Shown here: one piece after another, positions 32,394-43,050 of the stretch
Layout: each line of letters begins with the position of its first letter
Position numbering within the stretch: position 1 is the stretch's first letter
Origin: Patescibacteria group bacterium
Lineage (GTDB): Bacteria; Patescibacteriota; Patescibacteriia; JACQRZ01
Assembly: GCA_038065255.1 (NCBI GenBank)
Contig: JBBTRI010000001.1
Coordinates: forward strand, 42,911 to 106,910
Direction: 5' to 3'
Length of the DNA stretch: 64,000 nucleotides
Translations under genes and position numbers: made by a program
The notes under the pieces: model-generated
Databases searched by the model: none
The model's input: the letters and a program-made list of their open reading frames with translations, nothing else
Told to the model about the DNA's origin: nothing

Positions 32394-33869
32394 ATGTCGC
32401 TTCAGAAACAAACAATGACCAAAAACACCGCGATGTTCTTGCTTTCGATTGCAGCGCAAAAAGCAATGACCCTCGTGTATTTTGTCATTGTCGCAAATGT
32501 ATTTGGTCCAGCCGAGCAGGGAAGATATAGCGCCGCATTGGCATTTACCACATTATTCGGCGTATTTGTTGATGTCGGAACATCTGCCATGCTGACGCGG
32601 CAGTCAGCACGCGATGGAAGGGGTGTTGAGAAAATGGTGCGCCAAATGTTTTTTTCTCGCATTATTCTTGGAATTGTGGTGTATGGAAGCATGATCGCAC
32701 TTTCTCACGCGCTCAATTATCCATCTGAGCTCATCTATCTTATTTCCATCGCCGGTATTGCCGCAGTAATCGATACGTGTTCTGTTGCAACATGGTCGGT
32801 TATCCGCGGATTCCATAACTTAACCAATGAAGCTATTGGAGGAGTGCTCGCAATAGGAATAATGGTTGGGCTAGGCGGGAGTGCAATAGGATTACACCTA
32901 CCTCTCGAATACCTTGTGTATGCTGTTCTTGCCGGAAGTGTTGGAAATTTTTTGTATGCCTTGTGGGTGCTATCGCATAAGCTCCATATATCGTTTGTGC
33001 CGCTGTATGATTGGCACACACTCAAAGAAATGGTACTATTATCGCTTCCATTTGCCGGAGCTGCTATTTTTTCACGAATATATACCTATACGGACGCAAC
33101 ACTCCTTGCGTCGATTGCAGGAGAAGAGGCTGTCGGTTGGTTTATGGCTGCAAATAAAATGATTCTTGCTCTCAACCTTATCCCGTCATCACTCTCAGCA
33201 AGCCTGTATCCGACATTAAGCTCGTTTGCGCTTTCATCACCGCACAGAATTTCATCAATGCTTGCAAAAACGCTATATGTCCTCATACTCATCGTGGTGC
33301 CCATTGCTGCAGGTATGGTGATCTTGGCTCCACATATCGTATCTGTTTTTTACAATAACCATTATCTTCCAACCATCGGCGTTATGCAGGTGTTAAGTAT
33401 TTCCATGGTATTTGGATTTCTCTGTTTTCCTTTTGGAGCGCTTTTTGCAGCAACGAATCAACAGCAAAAAAATACGATCCTCTACGGCATTGCCGCTACT
33501 CTGAGTATTGTGGGGAATATTTCACTTATAACACTGTTTGGCGTTGTGGGTGCGGCGTTAACAGCTCTAGTAGTTTCTTGTTTTATTTTTCTTGCCAGTC
33601 TTGCATGGTCGCAGGCCTACTGGAAGCCGGAAATGCCTTATCTGATCCGCTCAACGCTCAAAATAGTTCTTGCAACCGGAGGGATGGCACTGGTGCTATT
33701 GAGTATTGGAAATGCTCTTCCCTTTGCCATAGTGCTCATTGTCGGTTGTGCTACATATATTCTCTTCTGTTTTGCATTGCGTATTGTAACAAAAGCAGAC
33801 GTCATGCTTGTTGCCAATTCATTAATGAGGAAGGGAGATCTTGGGGTATCAGCACCTACCGATGTATGA
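32394..33869 (+). CDS. Wzx-like oligosaccharide flippase (MOP superfamily)
   Basis: About 12-14 TM helices with the polysaccharide-biosynthesis-protein topology. The stop overlaps the next start (ATGA). Confidence 0.65.
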   Translation: MSLQKQTMTKNTAMFLLSIAAQKAMTLVYFVIVANVFGPAEQGRYSAALAFTTLFGVFVDVGTSAMLTRQSARDGRGVEKMVRQMFFSRIILGIVVYGSMIALSHALNYPSELIYLISIAGIAAVIDTCSVATWSVIRGFHNLTNEAIGGVLAIGIMVGLGGSAIGLHLPLEYLVYAVLAGSVGNFLYALWVLSHKLHISFVPLYDWHTLKEMVLLSLPFAGAAIFSRIYTYTDATLLASIAGEEAVGWFMAANKMILALNLIPSSLSASLYPTLSSFALSSPHRISSMLAKTLYVLILIVVPIAAGMVILAPHIVSVFYNNHYLPTIGVMQVLSISMVFGFLCFPFGALFAATNQQQKNTILYGIAATLSIVGNISLITLFGVVGAALTALVVSCFIFLASLAWSQAYWKPEMPYLIRSTLKIVLATGGMALVLLSIGNALPFAIVLIVGCATYILFCFALRIVTKADVMLVANSLMRKGDLGVSAPTDV

Positions 33870-34972
33870 AAAAAACACTTCTTGTTACTATGGATTTTTA
33901 TCCGTCAGTGGGAGGCATTGCACAATATTGGATGGGCCTTTCTGATGAAATGCCGCCTTCTAATTGGGTGATTCTTGCTCCGGAACTTCCGAGTGGTGTT
34001 AGAGAACGTCCCGGTGCATATATTGTATACCGCAAGCCATTTCTTTCGAGATTCTGGTTTCCTAAATGGCTTAAACTTGTTTTTACTATTATTGATATTG
34101 CAAAAAAAGAAAACATTCGATGTATTATTGCAGGGCAAATACTGCCAGTAGGAAGTGCAGTGCGTATCGCATCGTTCTGTACGGGGATCCCGTACTGTAT
34201 ATCCCTTCATGGGATGGATTTGGGGATGGCAGGGCGGTCGCGAAGAAAAAAAGCATTGGCCGCATCTCTTCTTAGGCATGCGCAAGTCATTCTGGTAAAC
34301 AGCACCTACACGTTCCAGCAGGTACAAACATATGGAATTGAACAAAAACGCATCTCGCTGCTATATCCTTGTTCGGTTACTTTTGAAGAGAAAAACGATA
34401 CTCCAAAAACATCTGATCACTTCCCGATACTCCTGACAGTTGCGCGTCTCGTGAAACGAAAAGGGCATGAGTATGTCATACGGGCGTTGCCAAAACTCAT
34501 TGAATCATTTCCAACATGTATCTATAGTATTGTGGGGGGTGGGCACATGCGCCGTGATCTCATGAAGCTTGTTCGCGAGTTATCACTGGAGCAGCATGTA
34601 GATTTTGTCGGTATTGTTTCTGATGAGATGAGAAAGAAGTATTACCGGGAATGCGATATATTTGTTATGGCGCCCTATGAAGAACTTGGCGATGTCGAGG
34701 GGTTTGGTATGGCCTACATTGAAGCAAATAGTTTTGGAAAGGCCGTCATAGGCAGTCGTAGCGGTGGCATTTCCGATGCTATTATTGATGGAGAAACAGG
34801 TCTCTTGGTTTCAGAAAAAAACAGCAGTGAAATAGCTGATGCCGTTTTGCTTCTCACTCGCGACCCTGAACTGTGCAATCGGCTTGGCAAGCAAGGGCGT
34901 GAGCGCGTACAAAGGGAATTTCGATGGGAGATCCAGGCACAAAAATTAAAAAATATTCTTACGTATGTATGA
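33866..34972 (+). CDS. Glycosyltransferase family 4
   Basis: ARLVKRKGHE...GFGMAYIEANSFGKAVIGSRSGG. The start is set at MKKTLLVTMDFYP; the track ORF over-extends upstream. Confidence 0.75.
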   Translation: MKKTLLVTMDFYPSVGGIAQYWMGLSDEMPPSNWVILAPELPSGVRERPGAYIVYRKPFLSRFWFPKWLKLVFTIIDIAKKENIRCIIAGQILPVGSAVRIASFCTGIPYCISLHGMDLGMAGRSRRKKALAASLLRHAQVILVNSTYTFQQVQTYGIEQKRISLLYPCSVTFEEKNDTPKTSDHFPILLTVARLVKRKGHEYVIRALPKLIESFPTCIYSIVGGGHMRRDLMKLVRELSLEQHVDFVGIVSDEMRKKYYRECDIFVMAPYEELGDVEGFGMAYIEANSFGKAVIGSRSGGISDAIIDGETGLLVSEKNSSEIADAVLLLTRDPELCNRLGKQGRERVQREFRWEIQAQKLKNILTYV

Positions 34973-35679
34973 TCTCAATTATTATTCCCGCACTCAATGA
35001 AGGAAAGGTACTGCCTCGAACGCTTGAGAGTATTTTTAGTCAAACGTACAAGGATATCGAAGTTATTTATATCAACGATGGATCCACTGATACCACGGAT
35101 GAAGCGATCAAGCCCTATCTCGACAGAGTTACCTACATCAAACACGAAAAAAATGTTGATAAACAAATAACGCGAAATGAAGGTATTGCCGCTTCCCGCG
35201 GAGAATACATTATTGTGTGCGACGCCGATGTTATCATGCGCCCGGATTGCTTGGAAAAAATGTTTCAAGCATTGCAAGAGCATCCGGAATGTTCATTTGC
35301 GTACTCTTCATTTAAGTGGGAATGGAAACTATTCAAAAGCTATCCTTACGATGTTGAGTTGTTAAAAAAGATGAATTATATCAATATGGCATCTCTTGTG
35401 CGACGTGAGCACCACCCAGGATTTGATACTGCGATAAAAAAATTTCAGGACTGGGATGTATGGCTTACAATGTTAGAGCTGGGCTATACGGGAATTTATA
35501 TTCCGGAGGTATTGTATTCAACAGGTGAAAATCTTAAGCGAGAGGTGCGCGTTGGTTTAAGTAAGTGGCTACCCTCGTGTATGTACAAAATTCCATGGCG
35601 TCGACTGGGTATCCATATCGCATCTATTGAAAAATATGAACGTGGAATGGAGGCAATTAAACAGAAGCATCAATTATAA
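34969..35679 (+). CDS. Glycosyltransferase family 2
   Basis: ISIIIPALNEG...DIEVIYINDGSTD...CDADV (DXD). ATGA overlap with the upstream GT4. Confidence 0.7.
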   Translation: MISIIIPALNEGKVLPRTLESIFSQTYKDIEVIYINDGSTDTTDEAIKPYLDRVTYIKHEKNVDKQITRNEGIAASRGEYIIVCDADVIMRPDCLEKMFQALQEHPECSFAYSSFKWEWKLFKSYPYDVELLKKMNYINMASLVRREHHPGFDTAIKKFQDWDVWLTMLELGYTGIYIPEVLYSTGENLKREVRVGLSKWLPSCMYKIPWRRLGIHIASIEKYERGMEAIKQKHQL

Positions 35680-36336
35680 TGAATTGAGCTCATCAAGCAG
35701 TGACGCATCAGAAAGGTTATAGGGGCCGATTGAGGTGCGCATGAGCTTTTCGCAATACGCTCCGCCTCCAAGTGCTTTGCCGATATCGCGGGCTAATGCG
35801 CGAATATAGGTGCCGCTCGAGACTGAACATCTAATTGTCAGAAGTGGCCACGAATATGAAATAAATTCGATTGAATAGATTGTTATTTGTTTCGGCTTGA
35901 GGTCGGGTTGTATTCCTTCTCTCGCGAGTTCGTATGCCTTTTTTCCTTTGATTTTTTTTGCGCTAAAATTCGGCGGCATCTGATCAAATGTTCCGATAAA
36001 GGATTGGAGTGTTTTCTGAATTAATGTTGGCGTAATTGGTGATTCCGGCGGATTAGATGTTATCTCACCGGTGCAATCATCGGTTGTACTTGTTCCACCA
36101 ATTTTTATAACAGCTTCGTATGTTTTATCCATGGTCAAGAACTCAGATTGCCGCTTTGTCTGCTCTCGCCCGACAAGAATAATCAAAAGTCCTGTTGCAA
36201 ACGGGTCAAGTGTGCCCGCATGTCCAACACGCTTAATTCCCGTTTGTTTTCTGACTCTATCAACGATGTCGTGCGATGTTGGCCCGGAAGGCTTGTTGAT
36301 GAGTAATAGCTCATTTTGTCTAGTGTCGTTAGTCAC
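35674..36336 (-). CDS. truB: tRNA pseudouridine(55) synthase TruB
   Basis: HAGTLDPFATGLLIILVG, the catalytic Asp motif. Confidence 0.85.
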   Translation of the reverse strand: MTNDTRQNELLLINKPSGPTSHDIVDRVRKQTGIKRVGHAGTLDPFATGLLIILVGREQTKRQSEFLTMDKTYEAVIKIGGTSTTDDCTGEITSNPPESPITPTLIQKTLQSFIGTFDQMPPNFSAKKIKGKKAYELAREGIQPDLKPKQITIYSIEFISYSWPLLTIRCSVSSGTYIRALARDIGKALGGGAYCEKLMRTSIGPYNLSDASLLDELNSL

Positions 36337-36394
36337 AATAATAATAATAATTCCTTTATTTTATAATCAAATATAATAGTTAGGCTAATAGGTA

Positions 36395-36423
36395 TTGACA
36401 AAACATCAAAATTGTGCTATACT
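36395..36423 (+). promoter_or_regulatory. Near-consensus sigma70 promoter TTGACA-N17-TATACT
   Basis: ggtaTTGACAaaacatcaaaattgtgcTATACTtg. It sits upstream of the small ORF at 36461 and the GT2-membrane gene at 36766. Confidence 0.5.
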
Positions 36424-36765
36424 TGCTTCGATCTAATCATACATTATTACCCAACTATCTATGGGGCTTGAATATCCACAGTTTAATCTTGAAGGAGCTG
36501 ATGGTCAACCACTGCAAGGAAACGTTGGAATTCTTACGCTTGAAGAGCTCGAATATATGATGGCATCGATCTCGCCTTCTGCCCCGCTTGGCATGATAGG
36601 TGAAATACCCGAAGCGCAAAGTAAGGAACATAAAAAATGGAGGGACTAACCAACGTTTTATTTTCCAGCGATGCGAAGGAGAAGCGCACTATCAGGGAAG
36701 ATTTCAGGGACAAGAAAGGCCATAGGCATTGCAAAACAGGCTTTAATTAGTATAATGGAGAGGTT

Positions 36766-39084
36766 ATGAAACTCTCCATTGTCATTGTTAGTTGGAATGT
36801 GCGGGAACTACTCAAAGAATGCCTTGAGTCGGTATTGTGCCATGCGCCGTCTTTTCCATTTGAAGTTTTTGTTGTTGATAATAGTTCGTCGGACGGAAGC
36901 GCCGAGATGGTACAAAAGGATTTTTCAAACATTAGTCTTATTGCAAATCCGGATAATCGCGGATTTGCTGTTGCGTGTAATCAGGCTATCCGGCAGGCGA
37001 AGGGAGAGTACATTCTTCTTCTCAATCCCGATTGCCATGTTATTGAGCATACTCTTGATCAATTCATTTCCTTTTTAGATGATCATAAGCGGGCGGGAAT
37101 TGCAGGGTGCCGCATACTCAATCCGGACGGATCTCTCCAGAAATCAATCAGGCGATTCCCAATAATTTTATCGCAATTGCTGATTTTTTTTAAAGTTCAC
37201 CATGTGCTGCCGAATATTCCAATACTTCGACAGTACCTAGCCGCAGATTTCAATTACGACAGTGAACAGTATGTCGATCAGCCAATGGGTGCTGCATTCA
37301 TGATACGAAAATCCTGTTTGGATGAGATTGGACTCTTGGATGAGCGATTTTTTATCTGGTTTGAAGAAGTGGATCTCTGTAAGCGTGCTCACGACAGAGG
37401 TTGGGAAGTCTGGTATACACCCCTACCAACTGTTATTCACCATAAAGGACAGAGTTTTAAAAAACAGAATATTGTACAAAATCAAATTAATACATTTACA
37501 AGTTGCTCGCAGTATCTATGGAAGTATTTTGCGTGGAAAAGCATAGTGGCGGTTTGCTGCATGAGATTGTACGTTGCCCTTTTAGCGATCTCTAGAATGA
37601 AGCTCTTCTGGTCAATCATTGCGCTCGAGCTTATTTCGATTGCCGGCTATTTTTTTGAACCATTGAATGTGTTTGGTTTTTTGTTTGTGGTCTTGCTGAC
37701 ATTTGCACTTTCTGTTCAGAAGCTTGAATACGGTTTGGCACTAGTGGTGGCAGAGCTGGCAATTGGTTCAAAAGGGCACTTGTTTTCGCTTGGCATTGGG
37801 GATGGCGCTATCAGTGTTCGTATGGGCATATTCTGCGCGCTATTCCTTGCATGGGTTGTATATGTTGCGTCTGGCATACTACAGAAAAGAAAAAATACTT
37901 TTTCATTCTTACGTTCATCCTATGCCCCATGGTATGGGATTATTGGCATTGTGAGCATTGTTGCAATCATTACCGGAATAGCGCGCGGCACTTCGCTTGG
38001 TGCAATCTATGCAGATGCAAATGCTTGGATATTCTTTCTCCTTGTTCCTATTTGTTGGGATACCGTTCAGTCCAGAACACAATTTTTATTATTTGCAAAA
38101 GTGTTTATTGCTGCAAGTGCGACGCGCATTGCAACAATTCTTGCGCTCTTTTACATCATGGGGCATAAGGGATTCGGCTTTGATGTGATCTATTCAGTAT
38201 ACCGTTGGGCGCGAACAACGGGCTTAGCGGAAATCACCCAGTTCGATTTCAGTGTTTCGCGCATCTTTCTTCAAAGCCAGATCTATGATCTCATCCTTTT
38301 TTGCATACTCATTATGATATGCGGAAGCCTTCTTCATTCCCGTAAGATTCTTTCACGAACAAGTATACTGCTACTAGCCGTAGGCGCCATTACTTCGATT
38401 ATCGTGAGTCTTTCACGAAGCTATTGGCTTGCAGTCATTTTGGTAATTCCTTTTATTGTGTATTTCATTGTTCGTTATTATTCATGGAAGGTGTTGGTTC
38501 GAACAGCACTCTTGTTTGCCGCTCTTACCTGCGCATCGCTTATTGTGCTTGTTGTTGTTTCGCGTATACCAATTCCTTCAACAGAAGGAGGATTTGAATT
38601 TGATATCCTAGCTAAGCGCGTGAGTGATTTGGGGGAAGAAGCAGCAGCTGCAAGTAGATGGAATTTGTTGCCCGTGCTTATCGACACAATTCGCGCAGAA
38701 CCGCTTTTGGGATATGGTTTCGGAAAAGCCGTTACCTATTACTCAAAAGATCCGCGCGTACTTGAAACCAATCCAAGCGGAGCGTTTACAACATATGCGT
38801 ATGAATGGGGGTATTTGGATATGCTTATTAAGTTTGGATTCATAGGATTTGCAGTATATCTTCTGTTTTTGGGTACCCTTCTTAAGAGGGGATGGCAGTA
38901 TATCGTCTCGACACCAGACGGTCAAACACGTGCGCTAAGTATCGGGCTATGGTGCGGACTTGTCGCGCTATTGATAACTCATATGTTTTCGCCCTATCTG
39001 AATCACCCTTTGGGTATTGGGTATATCATCGCATACTCGCTTTATTTTGATGTGATTCAGAGAAGAGCAATCATTTCGACATAG
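36766..39084 (+). CDS. GT2 glycosyltransferase fused to a large polytopic membrane domain
   Basis: N-terminal LSIVIVSWNVRELL...VVDNSSSDGS...NPDC (the GT2 fold). The C-terminal roughly 500 aa carry more than 10 TM helices. Confidence 0.6.
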   Translation: MKLSIVIVSWNVRELLKECLESVLCHAPSFPFEVFVVDNSSSDGSAEMVQKDFSNISLIANPDNRGFAVACNQAIRQAKGEYILLLNPDCHVIEHTLDQFISFLDDHKRAGIAGCRILNPDGSLQKSIRRFPIILSQLLIFFKVHHVLPNIPILRQYLAADFNYDSEQYVDQPMGAAFMIRKSCLDEIGLLDERFFIWFEEVDLCKRAHDRGWEVWYTPLPTVIHHKGQSFKKQNIVQNQINTFTSCSQYLWKYFAWKSIVAVCCMRLYVALLAISRMKLFWSIIALELISIAGYFFEPLNVFGFLFVVLLTFALSVQKLEYGLALVVAELAIGSKGHLFSLGIGDGAISVRMGIFCALFLAWVVYVASGILQKRKNTFSFLRSSYAPWYGIIGIVSIVAIITGIARGTSLGAIYADANAWIFFLLVPICWDTVQSRTQFLLFAKVFIAASATRIATILALFYIMGHKGFGFDVIYSVYRWARTTGLAEITQFDFSVSRIFLQSQIYDLILFCILIMICGSLLHSRKILSRTSILLLAVGAITSIIVSLSRSYWLAVILVIPFIVYFIVRYYSWKVLVRTALLFAALTCASLIVLVVVSRIPIPSTEGGFEFDILAKRVSDLGEEAAAASRWNLLPVLIDTIRAEPLLGYGFGKAVTYYSKDPRVLETNPSGAFTTYAYEWGYLDMLIKFGFIGFAVYLLFLGTLLKRGWQYIVSTPDGQTRALSIGLWCGLVALLITHMFSPYLNHPLGIGYIIAYSLYFDVIQRRAIIST

Positions 39085-39089
39085 TGATT

Positions 39090-40034
39090 CTAGAGTAAAC
39101 TTCTATGTCCATTGGCAAATTCAGCGCCGCTCATTGATTTCTTTCCTTCAAGTTGTACTGTGTCGAGCTGAAGAATGCCGGGAGTGCAACGTGCATATAA
39201 ATACTTCTTTCCGTTCTCGGATTTAGTAAAGAATGTTGTAGGTGGTAGTAGTTCATCATTTTTGTCGCCTAAAACCAATAGCGCTTCTAAAATTTTTAAT
39301 CTTTTTCCTTGGATAACCGTCCATGTGCCAGGCTCTGGATTGAGTGCGCGGATTTTTCGGTCAATTATCTCTGCTGATTCAGCAGAGAAATCTATACTAC
39401 CATCATCAAGATTTAGTAATTTCGTATATGTTGCTTGTGCGTGGTCTTGTTCGGTATATTTTACCGCATTGCTTTCTATTTTTGAGAGGGAATCTATAAG
39501 TAATTGTATCCCCACTTCAGTTGTTTTTTTTCGTAATGAGATAATCGTTTCGCGCATTTCAAGCTGTATTTTTTCTTGCGCTATGATCGGTCCATGATCC
39601 ATTTTTTCATCTAAGTGCATAATCGTTACACCGGTTTCTGAATCGCCATTCAATAAAGCCGTCTGCAGTGGAGAGGCTCCACGATATTTTGGAAGGAGTG
39701 ATGGATGGATATTGATGCAGCCTTTGTGCGGGATATCGAGAATAGATTTTGGAATAATCTGTCCGAATGCAACAACGATAATCATATCCGAGCTAAGATC
39801 GCGAATAGCATTAGTCCATTGAGTGTCGCGAATATGTTCCGGCTGCAATACTGGAATACCGTGGGCAAGCGCACATTTCTTTATTGGTGTAGGTTCGATG
39901 GTCTGTTTGCGGCCACTAGGACGGTCTGGTTGGGAAATAACAGTGCAAGGATTGAATCCGGCTGAGATAAGCCCTTCAAGATAGGGGACGGCATATTCAG
40001 GCGTTCCCATGAAAATAATGCGAGATGTGTTCAT
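39090..40034 (-). CDS. fmt: Methionyl-tRNA formyltransferase
   Basis: MNTSRIIFMGTPEYAV...; the formyl-transferase core (NIHPSLLPKYRG); a C-terminal domain. The start is set at an internal Met. Confidence 0.85.
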   Translation of the reverse strand: MNTSRIIFMGTPEYAVPYLEGLISAGFNPCTVISQPDRPSGRKQTIEPTPIKKCALAHGIPVLQPEHIRDTQWTNAIRDLSSDMIIVVAFGQIIPKSILDIPHKGCINIHPSLLPKYRGASPLQTALLNGDSETGVTIMHLDEKMDHGPIIAQEKIQLEMRETIISLRKKTTEVGIQLLIDSLSKIESNAVKYTEQDHAQATYTKLLNLDDGSIDFSAESAEIIDRKIRALNPEPGTWTVIQGKRLKILEALLVLGDKNDELLPPTTFFTKSENGKKYLYARCTPGILQLDTVQLEGKKSMSGAEFANGHRSLL

Positions 40035-40222
40035 AATGGGCTCTTGATGTTTTTTAATGCAGGATTTGTGAGGTGTAAGGTTTGCCATAATAATTGGACA
40101 TACTATACTAAGGGATATCATACTGCGTTACGTATCATATTGCAAAACACAGTATATATCAACGAGTTATCTGAAATGTGGCTTTCTTAAAATCATTTTA
40201 CTCAACATAACCTGAATGACGT

Positions 40223-40633
40223 ATGAATTCAAAAATAGAGTTAGCTATGAATCACGAAAGAGAAATAGAAATCAGCAAGGAAGACCGTGAAAAACTAAGG
40301 CAGCTTGAAGATTCAATGTGGATAGCTGAAACACGGTTTGATAGAGCATATATGGAAAGTGTACTTGCTCCGGATTTTTTTGAATTCGGGCGATCGGGGC
40401 GCATATACCAACGGGAAGATACACTCGGGGCGCGTGGTGATGAAATCAAAGCAAGGTTACCTTTTAAAAATTTTGAATTACGCCCCGTCGTTCAAGATGT
40501 CATTCAGGTTACTTACACCAGCGAAGTCGAGTATAATGGAGAAGTAGAGGTCGGTAACAGAAGCTCTATCTGGGTCAAAACTCCAAAAGGATGGAAGTTA
40601 AAATTTCATCAAGGAACGCCCGTAAACAAATAA
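40223..40633 (+). CDS. Small NTF2/SnoaL-like (DUF4440-like) protein, tentative
   Basis: Size and hydrophobic pattern only; no strong motif. Confidence 0.3.
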   Translation: MNSKIELAMNHEREIEISKEDREKLRQLEDSMWIAETRFDRAYMESVLAPDFFEFGRSGRIYQREDTLGARGDEIKARLPFKNFELRPVVQDVIQVTYTSEVEYNGEVEVGNRSSIWVKTPKGWKLKFHQGTPVNK

Positions 40634-40784
40634 GAAAGCCGCACATCGTACAATAGCGTGTATGCGGCTCGGCTGATGTCTCGACCATATGGCGTAATGA
40701 TGAGAAAAATTGTATCATTGCGCCACATCGCATACACGCGAACGTTGTACGAAATTTGTAATATTTTCATCCCTCATTTTTACT

Positions 40785-41399
40785 ATGAAAAACTCTAACA
40801 CGTGCCCATTTGGAGAAAAATTTCAAAAGTACTGGGACAAAAGGTACCAATTATTTTCTAAGTTTGACGAAGGCATCCAAGTTGATGAACAAGCATTGTT
40901 TTCTATCACTCCAGAACAACACGCGATTGATCATGCCAAGAGGTTGAAAGGAAAAATCGTCCTTGATGCTCTTGGTTGTGTTGGTGGAAACGCAATCGCG
41001 TTTGCTCAATATTGTAAAAAAGTTTATATGATTGAACTAGATGAGAATCGTATTAAAATGGCTGAAAACAATGCTCGCGTATATGGTGTCAGCAATAAAA
41101 TAGAGTTTATTCATGGTGATTATTTTGATGAGGCACCAAAAATTGAAGCAGATGTAGTTTATCTTGACCCGCCGTGGGGTGGCCCAGATTACATAGGTCT
41201 GAAAAAATTCAAATTGGATAATTTTTCTCCAAATGGGCATGACATACTTGAGCTAGCTTTTAAGCATTTTCCTCAGGTAGTAATGAGAATTCCAAGAAAT
41301 TTTGATCCGAAGGAACTTAAACAACTTAAACATGAATTTGAAGAAATTGACGATTACTCTGGTGAAAAGCTAGTTACAAAAACAGTCTATTTCAAATGA
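40785..41399 (+). CDS. TGS1-type RNA cap guanine-N2 methyltransferase family protein
   Basis: SAM motif VLDALGCVGGNAIAFA and the TGS1-specific amino-methyltransferase motif VYLDPPWGGPDY. Nearly colinear with the human TGS1 catalytic core. Confidence 0.7.
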   Translation: MKNSNTCPFGEKFQKYWDKRYQLFSKFDEGIQVDEQALFSITPEQHAIDHAKRLKGKIVLDALGCVGGNAIAFAQYCKKVYMIELDENRIKMAENNARVYGVSNKIEFIHGDYFDEAPKIEADVVYLDPPWGGPDYIGLKKFKLDNFSPNGHDILELAFKHFPQVVMRIPRNFDPKELKQLKHEFEEIDDYSGEKLVTKTVYFK

Positions 41400-41703
41400 A
41401 CTGGACGGTATAAAATATTACAAACATCGTACAACTAACGATATCTGGTTCCGCTACGCTCCATAAAAACTTCCTATATCCCTGACGTTATTCAAAAGCG
41501 CGGAGCGATTTTGAATAACACCGTCATACAGTTCAGAAAATAGCGATAAATTTTTAAATTTCAATAAGATATCGCTAATTTCCTCACCCAAACCATGCAA
41601 TTAGTTTCCATCCCTTGAAAACATATAAACTAATGTGTAAGATAGTTTATATGATAAAAAACTAGCAAACTATCTATGAAAATTGAAATTGGCCTAAATA
41701 TAA

Positions 41704-42300
41704 AACAAAAACCTGGAAAAATTCTTACACAATGAAAAATTAACTCTTCCCCTAATCCATATCGCACTTACCCACGCCCAATTTGAAACGATTCACCCAT
41801 TTCTTGACGGCAACGGCAGAACAGGACGACTGCTAATTACCATGCTTTTGTGCCACCGCGAAATGCTTGAGCGGCCAGTGTTATTTTTATCGTCATATTT
41901 TAAAAAACACAAAAAAATTTACTACCAAAAACTACATGATTATCATTTTGGCGAGGTTGAATCATGGGTTGATTTTTTTCTTGACGGTATTATTGAAACA
42001 GCCAACGATTCAATATCTATTTCAAAACAAATTACAAAACTGCGAGAAGACGATATGGCAAAAATTCAAGCGCTGGCAAAAAGAGAATCGGAAAGCGGTG
42101 TTTTGGTATTGCGAAAATTGTATGCTCAGCCGATTGTCTCAAGTAAAACAATAATGGAGTGGACAAAATTTTCTCGCGTCGGAGCCCAAAAACTTATCGA
42201 CAGATTTATGAACCTTGATATTCTTGAACTGAAGGACGCCAAAGAAACTTACGACCGCACTTTTGTCTATCGAAAATATATTGATATTTTCATGAAATAA
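41704..42300 (+). pseudogene. Truncated Fic/Doc-family gene (N-terminus missing)
   Basis: The reading frame opens right after a TAA. It encodes HIALTHAQFETIHPFLDGNGRTGRLLI, the Fic motif HPFx(D/E)GNGR, but no in-frame start and no upstream Fic core. Confidence 0.55.
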
Positions 42301-42508
42301 TCAGAGCAGCGATATGGCTACAGGGCGTTCATCCCTACCCCTATGCAATATTGATTGATGAATTCACCCCCATGATTGAGCTAAAAAAACTAAAAGTGAA
42401 AAAATAATTTACACCCGATACAACAAGTTATATGAAATTAACTTTGTCCCGCCTAACAGCGAAACCATTATAAATATTTAATTTCTTATCATAAATAACA
42501 GCAATAGT

Positions 42509-43033
42509 ATGATCGAACTAGAAAAAACCTACTTGGCAAAAAAACTTCCTGAAAATTTGAGAAGTTGCAAATTCAAGGAAATTATTGATGTATATTTACC
42601 TGAAAATAGCGAACATCCAAAATTAAGAGTCAGGAAAAATGGTAATAAGTTTGAATTAACCAAAAAAGAGCCTGTGAATGACGGAGATGCTTCACATCAA
42701 GAGGAACAAACAATAATTCTTACTGAAATTGAATTTAATTCTTTGAATCAACAACTTAAAGGTAAAAAAGTTAGAAAAATTAGATATTTTTATGATCATA
42801 ATGGTCGAATTGCAGAATTTGATGTTTTTCAAGATGAGTTAGTAGGGCTTGTAGTTGTTGATTTTGAATTTGCAACCTTAAAAGAAAAGGAAGATTTTCA
42901 AATTCCAGATTTTTGCCTTGTAGATGTAACTCAGGAAGTTTTTATAGCCGGTGGAATGATTTGTGGTAAGTCTTATGAAGATATTGAAGATAATTTGAAG
43001 AAGTTTGAATATAGTAAGTTATTTCTTGAATAA
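42509..43033 (+). CDS. CYTH-domain (triphosphate tunnel metalloenzyme) protein
   Basis: Starts MIELEKTYL (the canonical CYTH ExExK), with downstream alternating acidic and basic strand residues. 174 aa. Confidence 0.6.
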   Translation: MIELEKTYLAKKLPENLRSCKFKEIIDVYLPENSEHPKLRVRKNGNKFELTKKEPVNDGDASHQEEQTIILTEIEFNSLNQQLKGKKVRKIRYFYDHNGRIAEFDVFQDELVGLVVVDFEFATLKEKEDFQIPDFCLVDVTQEVFIAGGMICGKSYEDIEDNLKKFEYSKLFLE

Positions 43034-43050
43034 ATTTTTCTTTTGAATTA

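Noticed and set aside
36461-36649. 62-aa ORF downstream of the strong promoter
   Set aside because: It has no motif or conservation evidence. It may be a leader peptide or simply non-coding 5'-UTR, and is not called as a gene.
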